Source: Planctomycetota bacterium (GTDB taxonomy: Bacteria > Planctomycetota > SZUA-567 > H5-PLA8). Taken from it: 31,118 bases of DNA. The stretch spans positions 1 to 31,118 of the forward strand of contig JBBRPR010000086.1 in the NCBI GenBank assembly GCA_038227875.1, read 5' to 3'. The position numbers were made by a program, and so were the translations under genes. Position 1 is the stretch's first letter. Each line of letters starts with the position of its first letter. Below the pieces are notes generated by a model. The model did no database searches and was not told the origin of the DNA. It was given only the letters and a program-made list of their open reading frames with translations. Below are positions 17,665 through 27,547 of this stretch, in pieces.

Positions 17665-20600
17665 CTACTTTTTGAATTTGCCGCCGGCCTTGGCTTTCGA
17701 GGCGTACTTCACCGAGACGGACGTGGCATAGACGGAGCCGTCGAGCGTCAGCGTCGAGGTCATGTTCAACGTTGTGGCGCTGGTGGCGTTGGGGTTCATT
17801 CCCCAATCGCTGCTCCACGTACCGTTCTTCAGCGAGATCGTGAAGGCGACGTTGCCGCCCTTGAAGGTGACTTTCTTGGTCGCCTTGTTGCGCACGGTGG
17901 GCTTGAATTTCAGCGCGGCGACAGCCTTTACGCCCGTGGCCGTGCCGTGGCCGGATTTGTTGAGCGTGAACGTCACCGTCGCACCGTTGAGGTTGACCAG
18001 CAGAGTTTTGCCGGTGGGGTTGAAGCCGGCGACGACGTTGGGGAGGAATCCGGTGATCGTGATGGTGTCGTGACCGGTGGAGGGCTTAACAATGCCCTGC
18101 ATCTTCTTCACGGTGAACGGCAGCGGACTGCCCGGTGTTCCGGCCCCACCAGTACCGGTGCCCCCCGCCCCGCCCGTACCGCCGCCTGTTCCGCCAGTTC
18201 CGCCAGTGCCGCCGGTTCCGCCACCGGCATTCGGATCGGTGACGGTCAGCGTGACGCTGGCAGTGGAGGACATGCCATCGGTGTTGGTGATCGTGACGGT
18301 CGCAGTGAAGGTTCCGGCCGCGCCGTAAATGTGGCTGGCGCTCGCGCCATTGCCGGTGATGCCGTCGCCAAAATCCCATGTGTAGGTGAGAGTCTGGCCG
18401 CCGTTGTCGGTGCCGGCGGCGGTGAATGTCACGGTGTCGGTGGTCGTGGGATTGCTTGGCGTGAACACCGGCGAAGACGTGATGACCGGCGGGACGTCGG
18501 TGATGGTCAACGTGTAGGCGCCCGTCGCGGTGGCAGCGACAGCGTCGGTGACTTTTACTTTGAACGAAAAGACGCCCGTGACCGTCGGCGTGCCACTCAG
18601 CACACCAGCAGCGCTGAGGGTGATGCCCGCAGGAAGTGTACCGGACGTCAACGTCCACGTGTAGGGTGTGGAGCCGCCCGTGGCGACGAGCGCCTGTGAG
18701 TAGGCCGTGCCCGCGGCGCCATTCGGAAGCGCCGAGCCGGTGGAGATCGCCAATGGCGTGTTGATGAAGAGTGTCAGGTTCTTGGTGGTGGAGTTGCCCA
18801 GCGCGTCGGTGATTTTCGCGGTGAAATTGAACGTGCCGTTCACGGTGGGCGTGCCGGCCACGACTCCGGTGGAACTGAGCGTGACGCCGGTGGGCAGCGC
18901 TCCGGCCGAAATCGACCACACCAGAGGCGCCGCACCGCCGCTGGCGGTGAGAGTCTGCGAATATGCCACGTTGATCATGCCGTTGGGAAGCGACGCGGAG
19001 ATGGTGATGGTGAGCGCAGGGTTGATCGTCACCGTGAACGCTTGCGTGGCGGTATTGCTGGCGCTGTCCGTGACTTTGAGCGTGAAGCTGAACGAACCGC
19101 TCGTGGTGGGCGTGCCGCTCAGCAGACCGCCGGAGAGTGTCAGGCCGGCCGGCAGAGTACCGGCGTTGAGCGAGAAGCTATAGGGTCCGGTGCCGCCGCT
19201 GGCGGTCATGGATTGCGAGTAGGCCGCTCCAACGTCGCCATTGGGCAACGCATTGGTGATTGCCAGTGTGCCCACGGTGAGTGCGAACGCCTTGGTCGTT
19301 GAGGCGCCGACGCTGTCGACGACCTTGACGGTGAAGTTGTAGGTGCCGGGCACCGTGGGTGTGCCGGCGAGCACGCCGGCGGAGCTGAGCGTGATTCCGG
19401 TGGGCAAGGTGCCGGTGGAAAGGGACCAGCTTTGAGCGCCGGTGCCACCGGATGCGGCCAGGGATTTTGAATAGGCGTTGTTCGCCACGGCGCCCGGCAG
19501 CGGCGAAGGCGTGGTGACGGCCAGCGCGGGATTAATGACGAGCGTGAGTGCTTTCGTCGCGATAGCTCCGGCGGCGTCGGTGGCTGTAAACGTGACGTTG
19601 AACGTGCCGGACGCGGTGGACGTGCCGCTGATGGCACCCGTCGAGGCGGTCAACGTGATTCCGCCGGGAAGAGCGCCGGTGCTCAGCGACCACGTGACCG
19701 GCGCAGTGCCCCCGGTTGTGGCCAGCGTCTGCGAATAGGCAACGCCAAGCGTGCTGGCGGGAAGCGACGCGGTGGAGATCGCCAGCACCGGGTTGATGAC
19801 GATGGAGAAAGCCTTGGACGTGGTGAACGACGAGGCGTCGGTGACTTTCAGCGTGAAATTGAACGTTCCGGTGGCGCTGGGCGTTCCGGTGATCGCGCCG
19901 GTGGATGCGTTGAGTGAAAGTCCTGTCGGCAACGCGCCGGCACTGACTGACCAGGTGTACGAGGGGAAGCCGCCGGTCGCGGCGGCGGTCTGGCTATACG
20001 CGGCGCCGGAAGTTCCGGCAGGAAGCGCGGCGGTGGTGATCGTCAGCGTTGCGGCGATATTGATCGACAATGCTTTGGTGGCGCTGGCGCCGACGGAGTC
20101 GGTAACCTTTACCGTAAAGCTGAGAACCCCGGTGGCGGTGGGCGTGCCGCTGAGCAGACCCGTGGCAGGGTTGAGGGTGATGCCGGAGGGAAGAGCGCCA
20201 CTGGAGATCGACCAGGTGAAGGCTGAGGTGCCGCCGGATTCTGCCAGCGACTGTGAGTAGGCGGTGCCCACAATGCCGTTGGGCAGCGCTGCGGTGGTTA
20301 CGGCAATCGCGGGGTTGACGACGAGCGTCAGCGCTTTCGTCGCGACGGCACCGACGGAATCTGTGGCCTTGACGGTGAAGCTGAATGTTCCAGACGCCGT
20401 AGGCGTGCCGGCAATCGCGCCGGTGGACGCGTTGAGCGTGACGCCGGTCGGAAGTGCGCCGGAACTCAGGGTCCAAGTGAACGAGCCTGTGCCGCCGGTG
20501 ATCGCCAGTGCCTGCGAATAGGCGATAGAGATCGTGTCAGCGGGGAGCGAGGCGGTGGTGATCGAGGGCGCCGCGTTGATGACGATCGAGAGCGCTTTGG

Positions 20601-22239
20601 TATCGAAGGCACTGACGGCGTCGGTGGCTTTCACAGTAAAGCTGAATGTGCCCGCAACGGTGGGCGTGCCGGTGAGTGCTCCGGTGGCGGCGTTCAGGCT
20701 GATGCCGGTCGGCAGCGCGCCGGACGAGATCGACCACGTGTAGGGCGTCGCGCCGCCGCTGGCAGCAACGGACGACGCGTAAGCGATGTTGACGGTGTCC
20801 GCGGGAAGTGATGTTGTCGAGATCGACGGTCCGCCGACGGAGACGGTCGTGGCGTTCGAGGCGATGCCATTGGCGACAACGTAGGCGGAGTACGATCCGT
20901 TGGGAATGCCCACCGGTACGGTGAAATTGGCAGAGACCACCGTCGAGCCCGTGGCCACGGCCATGGTGCTGAAATTCGACGTCTTCGCGTAATAGACCGT
21001 GCCCCCGCCGCTCACCAACCGGACGATGGGGTAATTGGTGGACATCTGCGCGTCGTCGCCGTAATAGGCGCCTTCGGTGAGGCCATTGAACTGCGTGCCG
21101 GTGATCTGGTAGTTGCCGCCGCCCAAGGGCGTCACGGTAGAGATGGTGGGTTTCCACGACGCGCTGGGCGCATTGCCGGGGGTGTAAGCGTAGACAAGAG
21201 ACGAACCGGTAGAAAACAGTACCTGCCCGCTAGGAACGACCAGCATCCGGCAGACATAGGCGACGCCAAAAAAGTTGCCTGCGTTGGAGACCGTGGTCAT
21301 GGTATTGAGCACAGGGTCGTACTCAAACGTGAGGCCCGGTCCGGCAAAGCCGCCAGCATCGGCGACGAAGAGTACATGGCCGTCGGGCATCACGGCGGCG
21401 GGTGCGTCATCGCACATTTTGGCGCTGGGGATCAGCGGACCGGCCACCCACGTTCCGGGATCGGTGGGCAGCGTGCCGGGCGTATAGATGGCGGTGTTGG
21501 AATTGCCGCCGAGTCCCAGGACGCGGCCATCGTAGAGCAGACAGGCAGGTCCGATTTCCAAGCCGGATCCGACCAGATCCACGGGCACCCCGGCGGTTCC
21601 CACCCATTGGTTGGTGCTGGGGAGGTATTTCTGTGCTTTGAAGCTGCTGCTGGTGCTGATGTAGGAGCCGTCGGGCATCTGAGTGACGCTCTCTTCGTCA
21701 TTGACTTCGTTGTAGGTCTTCGTGGGGATGGCAGTCCACGTGTCGTTGGTCGGATCGTAAATCCAGCCACTGGAGGAGAGTCGAGGTAGGAGCAGCACGC
21801 GGCCGTCGGCCAGGAGCTTTCCCGTCGAGTCGCCAATGTCGCCGTGCGTCCAACTGGCCAGCGTGGTCCACGTGTTGAGCTTGGGGTCGTAGATTTCGCA
21901 ATTGCTGGTGCCGGTGCCGTATTCGCCGCCGCCGACAAAGACGCGGCCGTCCTTCAGAACGACGGAGGCATAATAGAGACGCGAGTAGGTCATCGGTGCG
22001 CGCGTCGACCAGGTGCCGTTGACGTAGCTGCCGCTGGCATCCGGGACCAAGCTATACCAATTAACACCACCACTGTCTTGGGCCATGACCGAGCCATCCG
22101 TCAACAGAAGCATGGTCGTGATGGAATTGGGTGCGCCGTGGGCAAGCGATTGCCACGAACCCGTGGCGGCGGAGAGTTTCATACAGAACAAGGCTAATAG
22201 AAGGAGGACCGATGCTCGAAAGGTTGCGAAATTAGGCAT
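17665..22239 (-). CDS. Large secreted/surface protein: signal peptide, Kelch/galactose-oxidase-like propeller, 9 putative Ig (He_PIG-like) repeats, PKD domain, Gly/Thr linker, basic C-terminal domain
   Basis: Repeating LLxDGRVL...YDP...W blades, nine 'LP...AYSQ...GG..PYTW....G.LP.G.TL...G.LSGTP' units, PKD motif YTWDFGDG. GAGGA RBS before ATG 22239. Confidence 0.9.
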   Translation of the reverse strand: MPNFATFRASVLLLLALFCMKLSAATGSWQSLAHGAPNSITTMLLLTDGSVMAQDSGGVNWYSLVPDASGSYVNGTWSTRAPMTYSRLYYASVVLKDGRVFVGGGEYGTGTSNCEIYDPKLNTWTTLASWTHGDIGDSTGKLLADGRVLLLPRLSSSGWIYDPTNDTWTAIPTKTYNEVNDEESVTQMPDGSYISTSSSFKAQKYLPSTNQWVGTAGVPVDLVGSGLEIGPACLLYDGRVLGLGGNSNTAIYTPGTLPTDPGTWVAGPLIPSAKMCDDAPAAVMPDGHVLFVADAGGFAGPGLTFEYDPVLNTMTTVSNAGNFFGVAYVCRMLVVPSGQVLFSTGSSLVYAYTPGNAPSASWKPTISTVTPLGGGNYQITGTQFNGLTEGAYYGDDAQMSTNYPIVRLVSGGGTVYYAKTSNFSTMAVATGSTVVSANFTVPVGIPNGSYSAYVVANGIASNATTVSVGGPSISTTSLPADTVNIAYASSVAASGGATPYTWSISSGALPTGISLNAATGALTGTPTVAGTFSFTVKATDAVSAFDTKALSIVINAAPSITTASLPADTISIAYSQALAITGGTGSFTWTLSSGALPTGVTLNASTGAIAGTPTASGTFSFTVKATDSVGAVATKALTLVVNPAIAVTTAALPNGIVGTAYSQSLAESGGTSAFTWSISSGALPSGITLNPATGLLSGTPTATGVLSFTVKVTDSVGASATKALSINIAATLTITTAALPAGTSGAAYSQTAAATGGFPSYTWSVSAGALPTGLSLNASTGAITGTPSATGTFNFTLKVTDASSFTTSKAFSIVINPVLAISTASLPASTLGVAYSQTLATTGGTAPVTWSLSTGALPGGITLTASTGAISGTSTASGTFNVTFTATDAAGAIATKALTLVINPALAVTTPSPLPGAVANNAYSKSLAASGGTGAQSWSLSTGTLPTGITLSSAGVLAGTPTVPGTYNFTVKVVDSVGASTTKAFALTVGTLAITNALPNGDVGAAYSQSMTASGGTGPYSFSLNAGTLPAGLTLSGGLLSGTPTTSGSFSFTLKVTDSASNTATQAFTVTINPALTITISASLPNGMINVAYSQTLTASGGAAPLVWSISAGALPTGVTLSSTGVVAGTPTVNGTFNFTAKITDALGNSTTKNLTLFINTPLAISTGSALPNGAAGTAYSQALVATGGSTPYTWTLTSGTLPAGITLSAAGVLSGTPTVTGVFSFKVKVTDAVAATATGAYTLTITDVPPVITSSPVFTPSNPTTTDTVTFTAAGTDNGGQTLTYTWDFGDGITGNGASASHIYGAAGTFTATVTITNTDGMSSTASVTLTVTDPNAGGGTGGTGGTGGTGGGTGGAGGTGTGGAGTPGSPLPFTVKKMQGIVKPSTGHDTITITGFLPNVVAGFNPTGKTLLVNLNGATVTFTLNKSGHGTATGVKAVAALKFKPTVRNKATKKVTFKGGNVAFTISLKNGTWSSDWGMNPNATSATTLNMTSTLTLDGSVYATSVSVKYASKAKAGGKFKK
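18500..20830 (-). repeat. Nine diverged in-frame Ig-like repeats of about 85-87 aa each
   Basis: Counted in the translation. Boundaries are approximate. Confidence 0.85.
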
Positions 22240-22453
22240 AAGCGGTGTCCTCAGTTGAAAGCACATGCGCTGCACGTACGCGGTATGTTGTCAGAAAAGG
22301 GAAGACACAGACTGAGTAAATGTGAACATTTAAAAGAATTTTTATGCGTTAAATTAATGAACATGTGCAATTTTGATCTTTAAGCACCGCAAAGAAATAA
22401 GTGCCATTTTACACATTGAGCAATTTGACACAGGTGGGTCCGGCAAGGTAACC

Positions 22454-22462
22454 TGTCAGACA
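22454..22462. promoter_or_regulatory. Candidate FadR/GntR-type autoregulatory operator
   Basis: Palindrome TGTCAGACA just upstream of the GntR gene RBS. Confidence 0.35.
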
Positions 22463-22482
22463 TCATACATGGAGTGATTTTA

Positions 22483-23202
22483 GTGATCCAAATTAACCCC
22501 GTTTCACAGCCTTCTTTGGTCGACGAAGTCGCCGGACGACTCCGCCAGTTGGTGGAAAGCGGAGCGCTGACGACCGGCGATCGGCTGCCCAGTGAACCAC
22601 AACTGGTCAAGCGCCTGAAGGTCAGCCGCACAGTTTTGCGCGAAGCGATTGGGCGGCTGGAGGCCATCGGCCTGCTGACGGTTCGCCGCGGTTCGGGAAC
22701 ATTTGTCGCCAACGGCGAATCGCTGACCACCGCGACGCAGTTGATCCGCAGCGCGCTGGCGATTTCGACGCATGATCTGCTGAAAGTCGCGGAACTGCGG
22801 CGCTGCATCGAGACGCATTGCGCGCGCCGCGCAGCGCAATTCGCCACGGACGCGGAGATCGCGGACCTCCAGGCGCACTACCAGCGCATGACCACCAGCG
22901 CTGGATTGCCGATCGAATCGGTGATGAAGTACGACTTCGATTTTCACAAGAAGATCGCGCAACTTTCCGGCAACGATGTGCTGAGCGGCGTGCTGCAGGT
23001 GATCCAGGATTTCATTTACGCGTCGATCGCGCAGACGATGGAGCAGCCAGGTCTGCCGCAGGCGCCGCACGATCTGCATTTGGAAATGATGGAAGCGATC
23101 CGCGCGCGGGATCCCGAACGCGCAGAACGCGCGGCGGCGGCGCACATGGATACAGTCGATGCGCGCCTGAAATTCGTAGCGAAGAAAAGTGCACAGGATT
23201 AG
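22483..23202 (+). CDS. GntR family regulator, FadR subfamily (wHTH plus FCD)
   Basis: GDRLPSEPQLVKRLKVSRTVLREAIGRL...RRGSGTFV, then DFDFHKKIAQLSGN and AAAAHM. GGAG RBS favours GTG 22483. Confidence 0.93.
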   Translation: MIQINPVSQPSLVDEVAGRLRQLVESGALTTGDRLPSEPQLVKRLKVSRTVLREAIGRLEAIGLLTVRRGSGTFVANGESLTTATQLIRSALAISTHDLLKVAELRRCIETHCARRAAQFATDAEIADLQAHYQRMTTSAGLPIESVMKYDFDFHKKIAQLSGNDVLSGVLQVIQDFIYASIAQTMEQPGLPQAPHDLHLEMMEAIRARDPERAERAAAAHMDTVDARLKFVAKKSAQD

Positions 23203-23269
23203 TGGATTTTGCCGGAGGCCATGGTGGCCGGCCGGCGCTTAAACAGACTGATTCAGGAGCGGCGACGCA

Positions 23270-24091
23270 ATGGTTTTCACGGAGCAGCATAAGCAATTTT
23301 ACAAGCAGTTTGGGTACCTGCATTTTCCGGGTCTGCTCAACGACTGCATCGGCACGATCATCGATGAATTCGAAGCGGTCTGGGCGGCACGCAAGGACGT
23401 GCAGCACACCGGCGAGAAGCGGACGATGTTCCCGGGCAACTTCATCTGCCAGACCGAGCGGCTGTGCGCGCTGATGGACGATCCGCGCATCCAGGAGATC
23501 TGCACGGGCGTGATGGGCGCCGACTACCAGTACGCCGGCGGCGACGGCAACTTCTACAGCGGCGATACGCAGTGGCATTCGGACCTGATGCCCGAAACGG
23601 GCTTCTATAAGGAATGCGAGCACGTCAAAGTCGCGTTCTATCTTGATCCGGTCACGCGCGACACCGGCGCGTTGCGGGTGATCCCGGGCAGCCATATTCC
23701 CGGCGATAAATTCACCGATACGATGCAGGAATTTCTCGGCAAGTCCGGACTGGCCGGGAAGGATGTGCCCGCGTCGGCGCTGGAGACGAAGCCCGGCGAC
23801 GTGGTGCTCTTCACGCACAATTTAAAGCACGCGTCCTTCGGCGGCAGCAAGCGTCGGCGCATGTTCGTGATGAACATGCAGGCCATGCCGCATACTCCGA
23901 TCGGTCATAAGGAAGTCCGCGCGGAGTGGACGTATTACGCCAGCGTCGGCGTGAAGAAAATGCATTCGGGATTGATTATGGATTCGGCCTCGCCGGAACG
24001 GCTAAAGCACCTGCAGCCGCTGTGCGATCTGATTCAGCCGATGCTGGATGAGTACCATGCGAGCAAGGCGAAGGAGATGCAGCCGGCGTAG
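23270..24091 (+). CDS. Phytanoyl-CoA dioxygenase (PhyH) family Fe(II)/2OG enzyme
   Basis: WHSD, GALRVIPGSH, PGDVVLF...LKHAS...RR motifs. CAGGAG RBS. Confidence 0.9.
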   Translation: MVFTEQHKQFYKQFGYLHFPGLLNDCIGTIIDEFEAVWAARKDVQHTGEKRTMFPGNFICQTERLCALMDDPRIQEICTGVMGADYQYAGGDGNFYSGDTQWHSDLMPETGFYKECEHVKVAFYLDPVTRDTGALRVIPGSHIPGDKFTDTMQEFLGKSGLAGKDVPASALETKPGDVVLFTHNLKHASFGGSKRRRMFVMNMQAMPHTPIGHKEVRAEWTYYASVGVKKMHSGLIMDSASPERLKHLQPLCDLIQPMLDEYHASKAKEMQPA

Positions 24092-24141
24092 GTTGTATAT
24101 TTTTGAATCTTGAATTCTTAATTTGAATTGCAGTCTTTCGT

Positions 24142-24177
24142 AAAGCAACTCGCCGCTGAAATGCGGCGAGTTGTTTT
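24142..24177. terminator. Bidirectional intrinsic terminator between convergent genes
   Basis: AAAG-CAACTCGCCGC-TGAAAT-GCGGCGAGTTG-TTTT, 11-bp stem. Confidence 0.8.
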
Positions 24178-24220
24178 CTGTTCATTCCTTTTTCGACATT
24201 CGAAATTCGAACATTCACTT

Positions 24221-27200
24221 TCAGTACTTCACCTCCCCTACCATGCGAATGTTGGCGCCGCCGACGGCTCCGGGAACCAGGCAAAACGGCACGACGGTGG
24301 GATGCTTCACGATGCCGTCTTGCGGCTTCATGATTACCACCACGCCGCGCGAGACGCCCATCGGGCCGGCGTTGAAATAGGTCACGCCGACGGAGTACGT
24401 GCCGGTCATCGCGCGTTCGCAGCGGATTACTTCCGGTCCGAGACCTTGTGTCTGGTCAGAGTACAGTTCCAAGCCCGATGCGTTGCGCATGTGGCTGTAG
24501 AAGCATTCTTCGCCGTTGGGGTCGACGACGTGAAGGTCGACGTCGTTGGCGTCGGTTTCCCACGCCAGGCTGACGCGGAAGGCATCTGTGCGGCGCATGT
24601 CCTGTTCGGCGTGATGGAACTGCGCGAAGTTGAACGCCGCGTCCTTATCCTTCTGCGCCCACGCGCGCAAAATGTAGCCGAGTTCTTCGTGAAGTACGCG
24701 ATGAACGTCGCCGTAACGCGCGTTGTAGTCGATCTGGATCGCGCCATCCAATTCCTTCGCGGCGAGATCGTATTTTTCCTGCATCCACAGAGCGAGCGCG
24801 AGGCTGCGGTAGAGGTTCGCGTCGTCTTTGCGGTTCTTCAGGGCTTCGCGGAACATCTGTTCGGCCATTTCATTCTTTTCGGCGGTGAGCAGCAACCAAC
24901 CGGCTCGGGCCAGCAACGCAGCGCGGTTGGGAGCGACTTCGGCGATGGAGGTCATTGCGCGCAGCGCCAGTTCCTTGTCGCCGAGCCCCGTAGCGCTCTT
25001 GCCGAGGTATTCGAAGACCTGCGGATTTTCCGGATCGAACGGCAGCCATTCGAACGCCTGGCCCTGAAGTTCGTCCCACTTCTTTGCGGCGAAGAGCGCG
25101 TCGGCGTAGGCGTTGCGCAGATTGCGGTCGCGCGGACTGCCGGCGACCTGTGCGTGCAGGGCGTCGAGCTGCGCAGCCGTCGGCGGCGTGCTGAACTGGC
25201 GGGTCCATTCGGGGGCGTTGGATTTAGCTGCGACGGCATTTTGCACCTCGGACTGAAGTTGCCGTGCGCGGGGCAAGTCCGACGCGGGTTGTGGATCGTT
25301 GACGACGGGCGCAACTGGGCTGGGGCCGCGCTGTACGGCATCTGCACGGTTGGTGGTCACCGTGCTGGTCTCTGCCAATTGTTCCCTGATGCCTCCACCT
25401 GCGCCATTTCCTGGTCCGCCATCGCCGGCAATGTCGGGCATCGATTGTGCGGCAAATGCATTACCCGGGTCACGAGTCCCGGCCGAACGATCGTCGGCCT
25501 TGTCCATGGCTTCATCTGAATCGCCTGGCTTTCCGTCTTTGCCTTCGCCATCTAACCTCTGGGCTTGTTGTGCCGTGGCGCTGCGGAGAGCCGTAGGTGT
25601 TGGGGCTTCTGGAGCAGGAGCACCACCGTCCTGTCTCCTGCTCGAATCTTCCTTCTTACCCTTCATTGGCGCACCACGATGCACCGCCTGAACCGCAGGC
25701 GGCAGTGCGGGTGCGGTGCGGTGGAGCATCGCGATGCCGGTTTCGTTGATGCTCATGATGTCCGCCAGTGAAGTTCGGTTGATTCCGAAGCGGACGTAGT
25801 CGTTTTCCGATTCGAGCACGAGCAGCGAGGTCAGCGGGCAGAGCACGCGGTTTTTCTCGGAGAGTTCGATGCGCTGCTTGCGCAGTTCGGCGAGCTTCGC
25901 GGGCGCGGCGGTCTGTTCGGCCTGTTCGAGCTGATTCAAGTACGCGGCGATCGCTTCGCGCTGCAGCAGCGGCGCGAATTCAGGGACGGTGGTCGGCGTG
26001 GCGGTGAGCGCAGTTTCGACCGGTTTCTCGCCGACCTTCTTGGTGAAGACGCCGGCTTTGCTCGTCTTTCCGTCCTGAAGTTGCGAGAAGACGACGAGTT
26101 CCGTTGCGCCACGAATGTCGCGGAAGGTCTTGGGGTAGATCCACGCAGCGGATTCGTCGTAAAATTCGTAGGTCTTGCCGAGCGGTTCGGTCAGTTCAGT
26201 GATCACGCGCGGGATGTCGGCGTCGACGTTGTTGGTGAGCGGCAAGGTCACGACGCGGCCGTGACCTTTGTCGACCAGCGCGCTGAGCGTTTTTTCGTCC
26301 TGCTTGCTGCCGATCACCAGCGCGTGGAGCGTGTGGCGGTCCGGCCAGTCACCGAGCGCCGCGAGCAGATCGCGAACTTCGCGCGCGCCCAGTGTGGCGA
26401 TGCCGTCGGAGACAAGGATGAAATTCTGGGGCCGCTGCTCAGCACGAGCGGATTCGCCGATGTGTTTGAGCGCAGCTTCCAGATTCGTTGCGCCGAGGAC
26501 GTGGCGTTGTTGAAGGAACATCGCTCCGGCACCATAGGTCGGCGCAGCATCTTTCATGCTGCGATTCATTTTTATCTTTAGGTTCGAAACATCGACATCA
26601 AAAACCGATATTGAAAGGAATTCGTCTCCCTTTTCGTTGTGCTGATTGATGTAGTCAAAAAGCGATTGAGTCGAATTGTATCTCGCCTTCGCAATATCCG
26701 CATTCGACGCCGATGTATCAAAGTAGAAGTTCCAATCCTTCGGCGCTTCCGAGCGCTTCGTGTACTCCTTCGGCGTGGTGAAGCTGATCATCTGATAGTT
26801 GCCGGCCGTGATCGCGCGGATGTTGGCCGCGTCGCCGGAATCCGCGCGGAAGGTCAGCACCAGGTCGCTCTGCGGCGCGTAGTCCTTCAACGGCGTCGAA
26901 GCGAACGAGCGGCGGCCTGCGTTGGCGCTGTCTTTGCCGTCGAAGCCGGCGATCGGGTCGAGTTTCTGACCGGCGACGTCGTTGACGATCGCCGAATACG
27001 TGAAGAGCCCGATCTTCGGGATGCCGGCCAGCGGGATCGAGATTTTGCGTTCGCCGTTCTTCACCGGCACGACTTGGGAGTACGAAAGAAGCAGGCGGAC
27101 AGTGCCTTCCGCAGCGATCGGGAAAACACGCGCGGAGAAGCGGTTGCCCTGATCCATCTCCAGCAGTGCCGGGTCGCGCATGGTGTGTAGGACCTGCGTG

Positions 27201-27547
27201 TAAACTGACTGTGCGCGGAGCCTCTCGACGACTTCACCTTCCATCAGAACGCCGTTGACCTCTTTGGCGAAGCGGCTGATCGTCGCGCCGGGCGGGAGGA
27301 CATAGAGGAAGCGGCCTTCCATCTGGCGTTTTTCAGGATTGCGAAAGACCATCTCCATTTCGGTGAGGTTCAGCGGGCCGTCGATGGCAACGCGGAGGTC
27401 GTATTTCTCAAGTGTCAGCGCCTGTCCGTCGGGGTTGGTCAGCGAGATGGGACAGGGTATGGCGTTCTCGACTGCATGCGGCCGGGAACCCAACAGTCCA
27501 GCAATAATGACGGCGGCGAGAGCAATTCCAAAAATTTTGAACTTCAT
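24221..27547 (-). CDS. Secreted VIT-vWA-TPR-DUF2135(YfaP-like) protein
   Basis: Signal peptide. VIT domain (FRNPEKRQMEGRFLYVLPPGA...GEVVE...DPALLE). MIDAS residues DTSAS, GAT and SDG. LTSLLVLE. TPR-like helices. C-terminal RVSLAWETDANDVDLHVVDPNGEECFY...GLGPE. Confidence 0.87.
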   Translation of the reverse strand: MKFKIFGIALAAVIIAGLLGSRPHAVENAIPCPISLTNPDGQALTLEKYDLRVAIDGPLNLTEMEMVFRNPEKRQMEGRFLYVLPPGATISRFAKEVNGVLMEGEVVERLRAQSVYTQVLHTMRDPALLEMDQGNRFSARVFPIAAEGTVRLLLSYSQVVPVKNGERKISIPLAGIPKIGLFTYSAIVNDVAGQKLDPIAGFDGKDSANAGRRSFASTPLKDYAPQSDLVLTFRADSGDAANIRAITAGNYQMISFTTPKEYTKRSEAPKDWNFYFDTSASNADIAKARYNSTQSLFDYINQHNEKGDEFLSISVFDVDVSNLKIKMNRSMKDAAPTYGAGAMFLQQRHVLGATNLEAALKHIGESARAEQRPQNFILVSDGIATLGAREVRDLLAALGDWPDRHTLHALVIGSKQDEKTLSALVDKGHGRVVTLPLTNNVDADIPRVITELTEPLGKTYEFYDESAAWIYPKTFRDIRGATELVVFSQLQDGKTSKAGVFTKKVGEKPVETALTATPTTVPEFAPLLQREAIAAYLNQLEQAEQTAAPAKLAELRKQRIELSEKNRVLCPLTSLLVLESENDYVRFGINRTSLADIMSINETGIAMLHRTAPALPPAVQAVHRGAPMKGKKEDSSRRQDGGAPAPEAPTPTALRSATAQQAQRLDGEGKDGKPGDSDEAMDKADDRSAGTRDPGNAFAAQSMPDIAGDGGPGNGAGGGIREQLAETSTVTTNRADAVQRGPSPVAPVVNDPQPASDLPRARQLQSEVQNAVAAKSNAPEWTRQFSTPPTAAQLDALHAQVAGSPRDRNLRNAYADALFAAKKWDELQGQAFEWLPFDPENPQVFEYLGKSATGLGDKELALRAMTSIAEVAPNRAALLARAGWLLLTAEKNEMAEQMFREALKNRKDDANLYRSLALALWMQEKYDLAAKELDGAIQIDYNARYGDVHRVLHEELGYILRAWAQKDKDAAFNFAQFHHAEQDMRRTDAFRVSLAWETDANDVDLHVVDPNGEECFYSHMRNASGLELYSDQTQGLGPEVIRCERAMTGTYSVGVTYFNAGPMGVSRGVVVIMKPQDGIVKHPTVVPFCLVPGAVGGANIRMVGEVKY

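Noticed and set aside
18500..20830. Repeats as a CRISPR array or DGR template/variable pair
   Set aside because: They are in-frame protein-domain repeats diverged at all bases. There is no repeat-spacer pattern, cas gene or reverse transcriptase.
22385..22410. Minus-strand TGGCAC as a sigma54 promoter for the surface protein gene
   Set aside because: GG-to-GC spacing is 13 rather than 10.
8585..25519. Long antisense or alternate-frame ORFs (for example 8585..9865, 10344..11435, 11336..12451, 14766..15689, 24128..25519)
   Set aside because: They are shadows of well-supported genes in GC-rich DNA and have no recognisable motifs.
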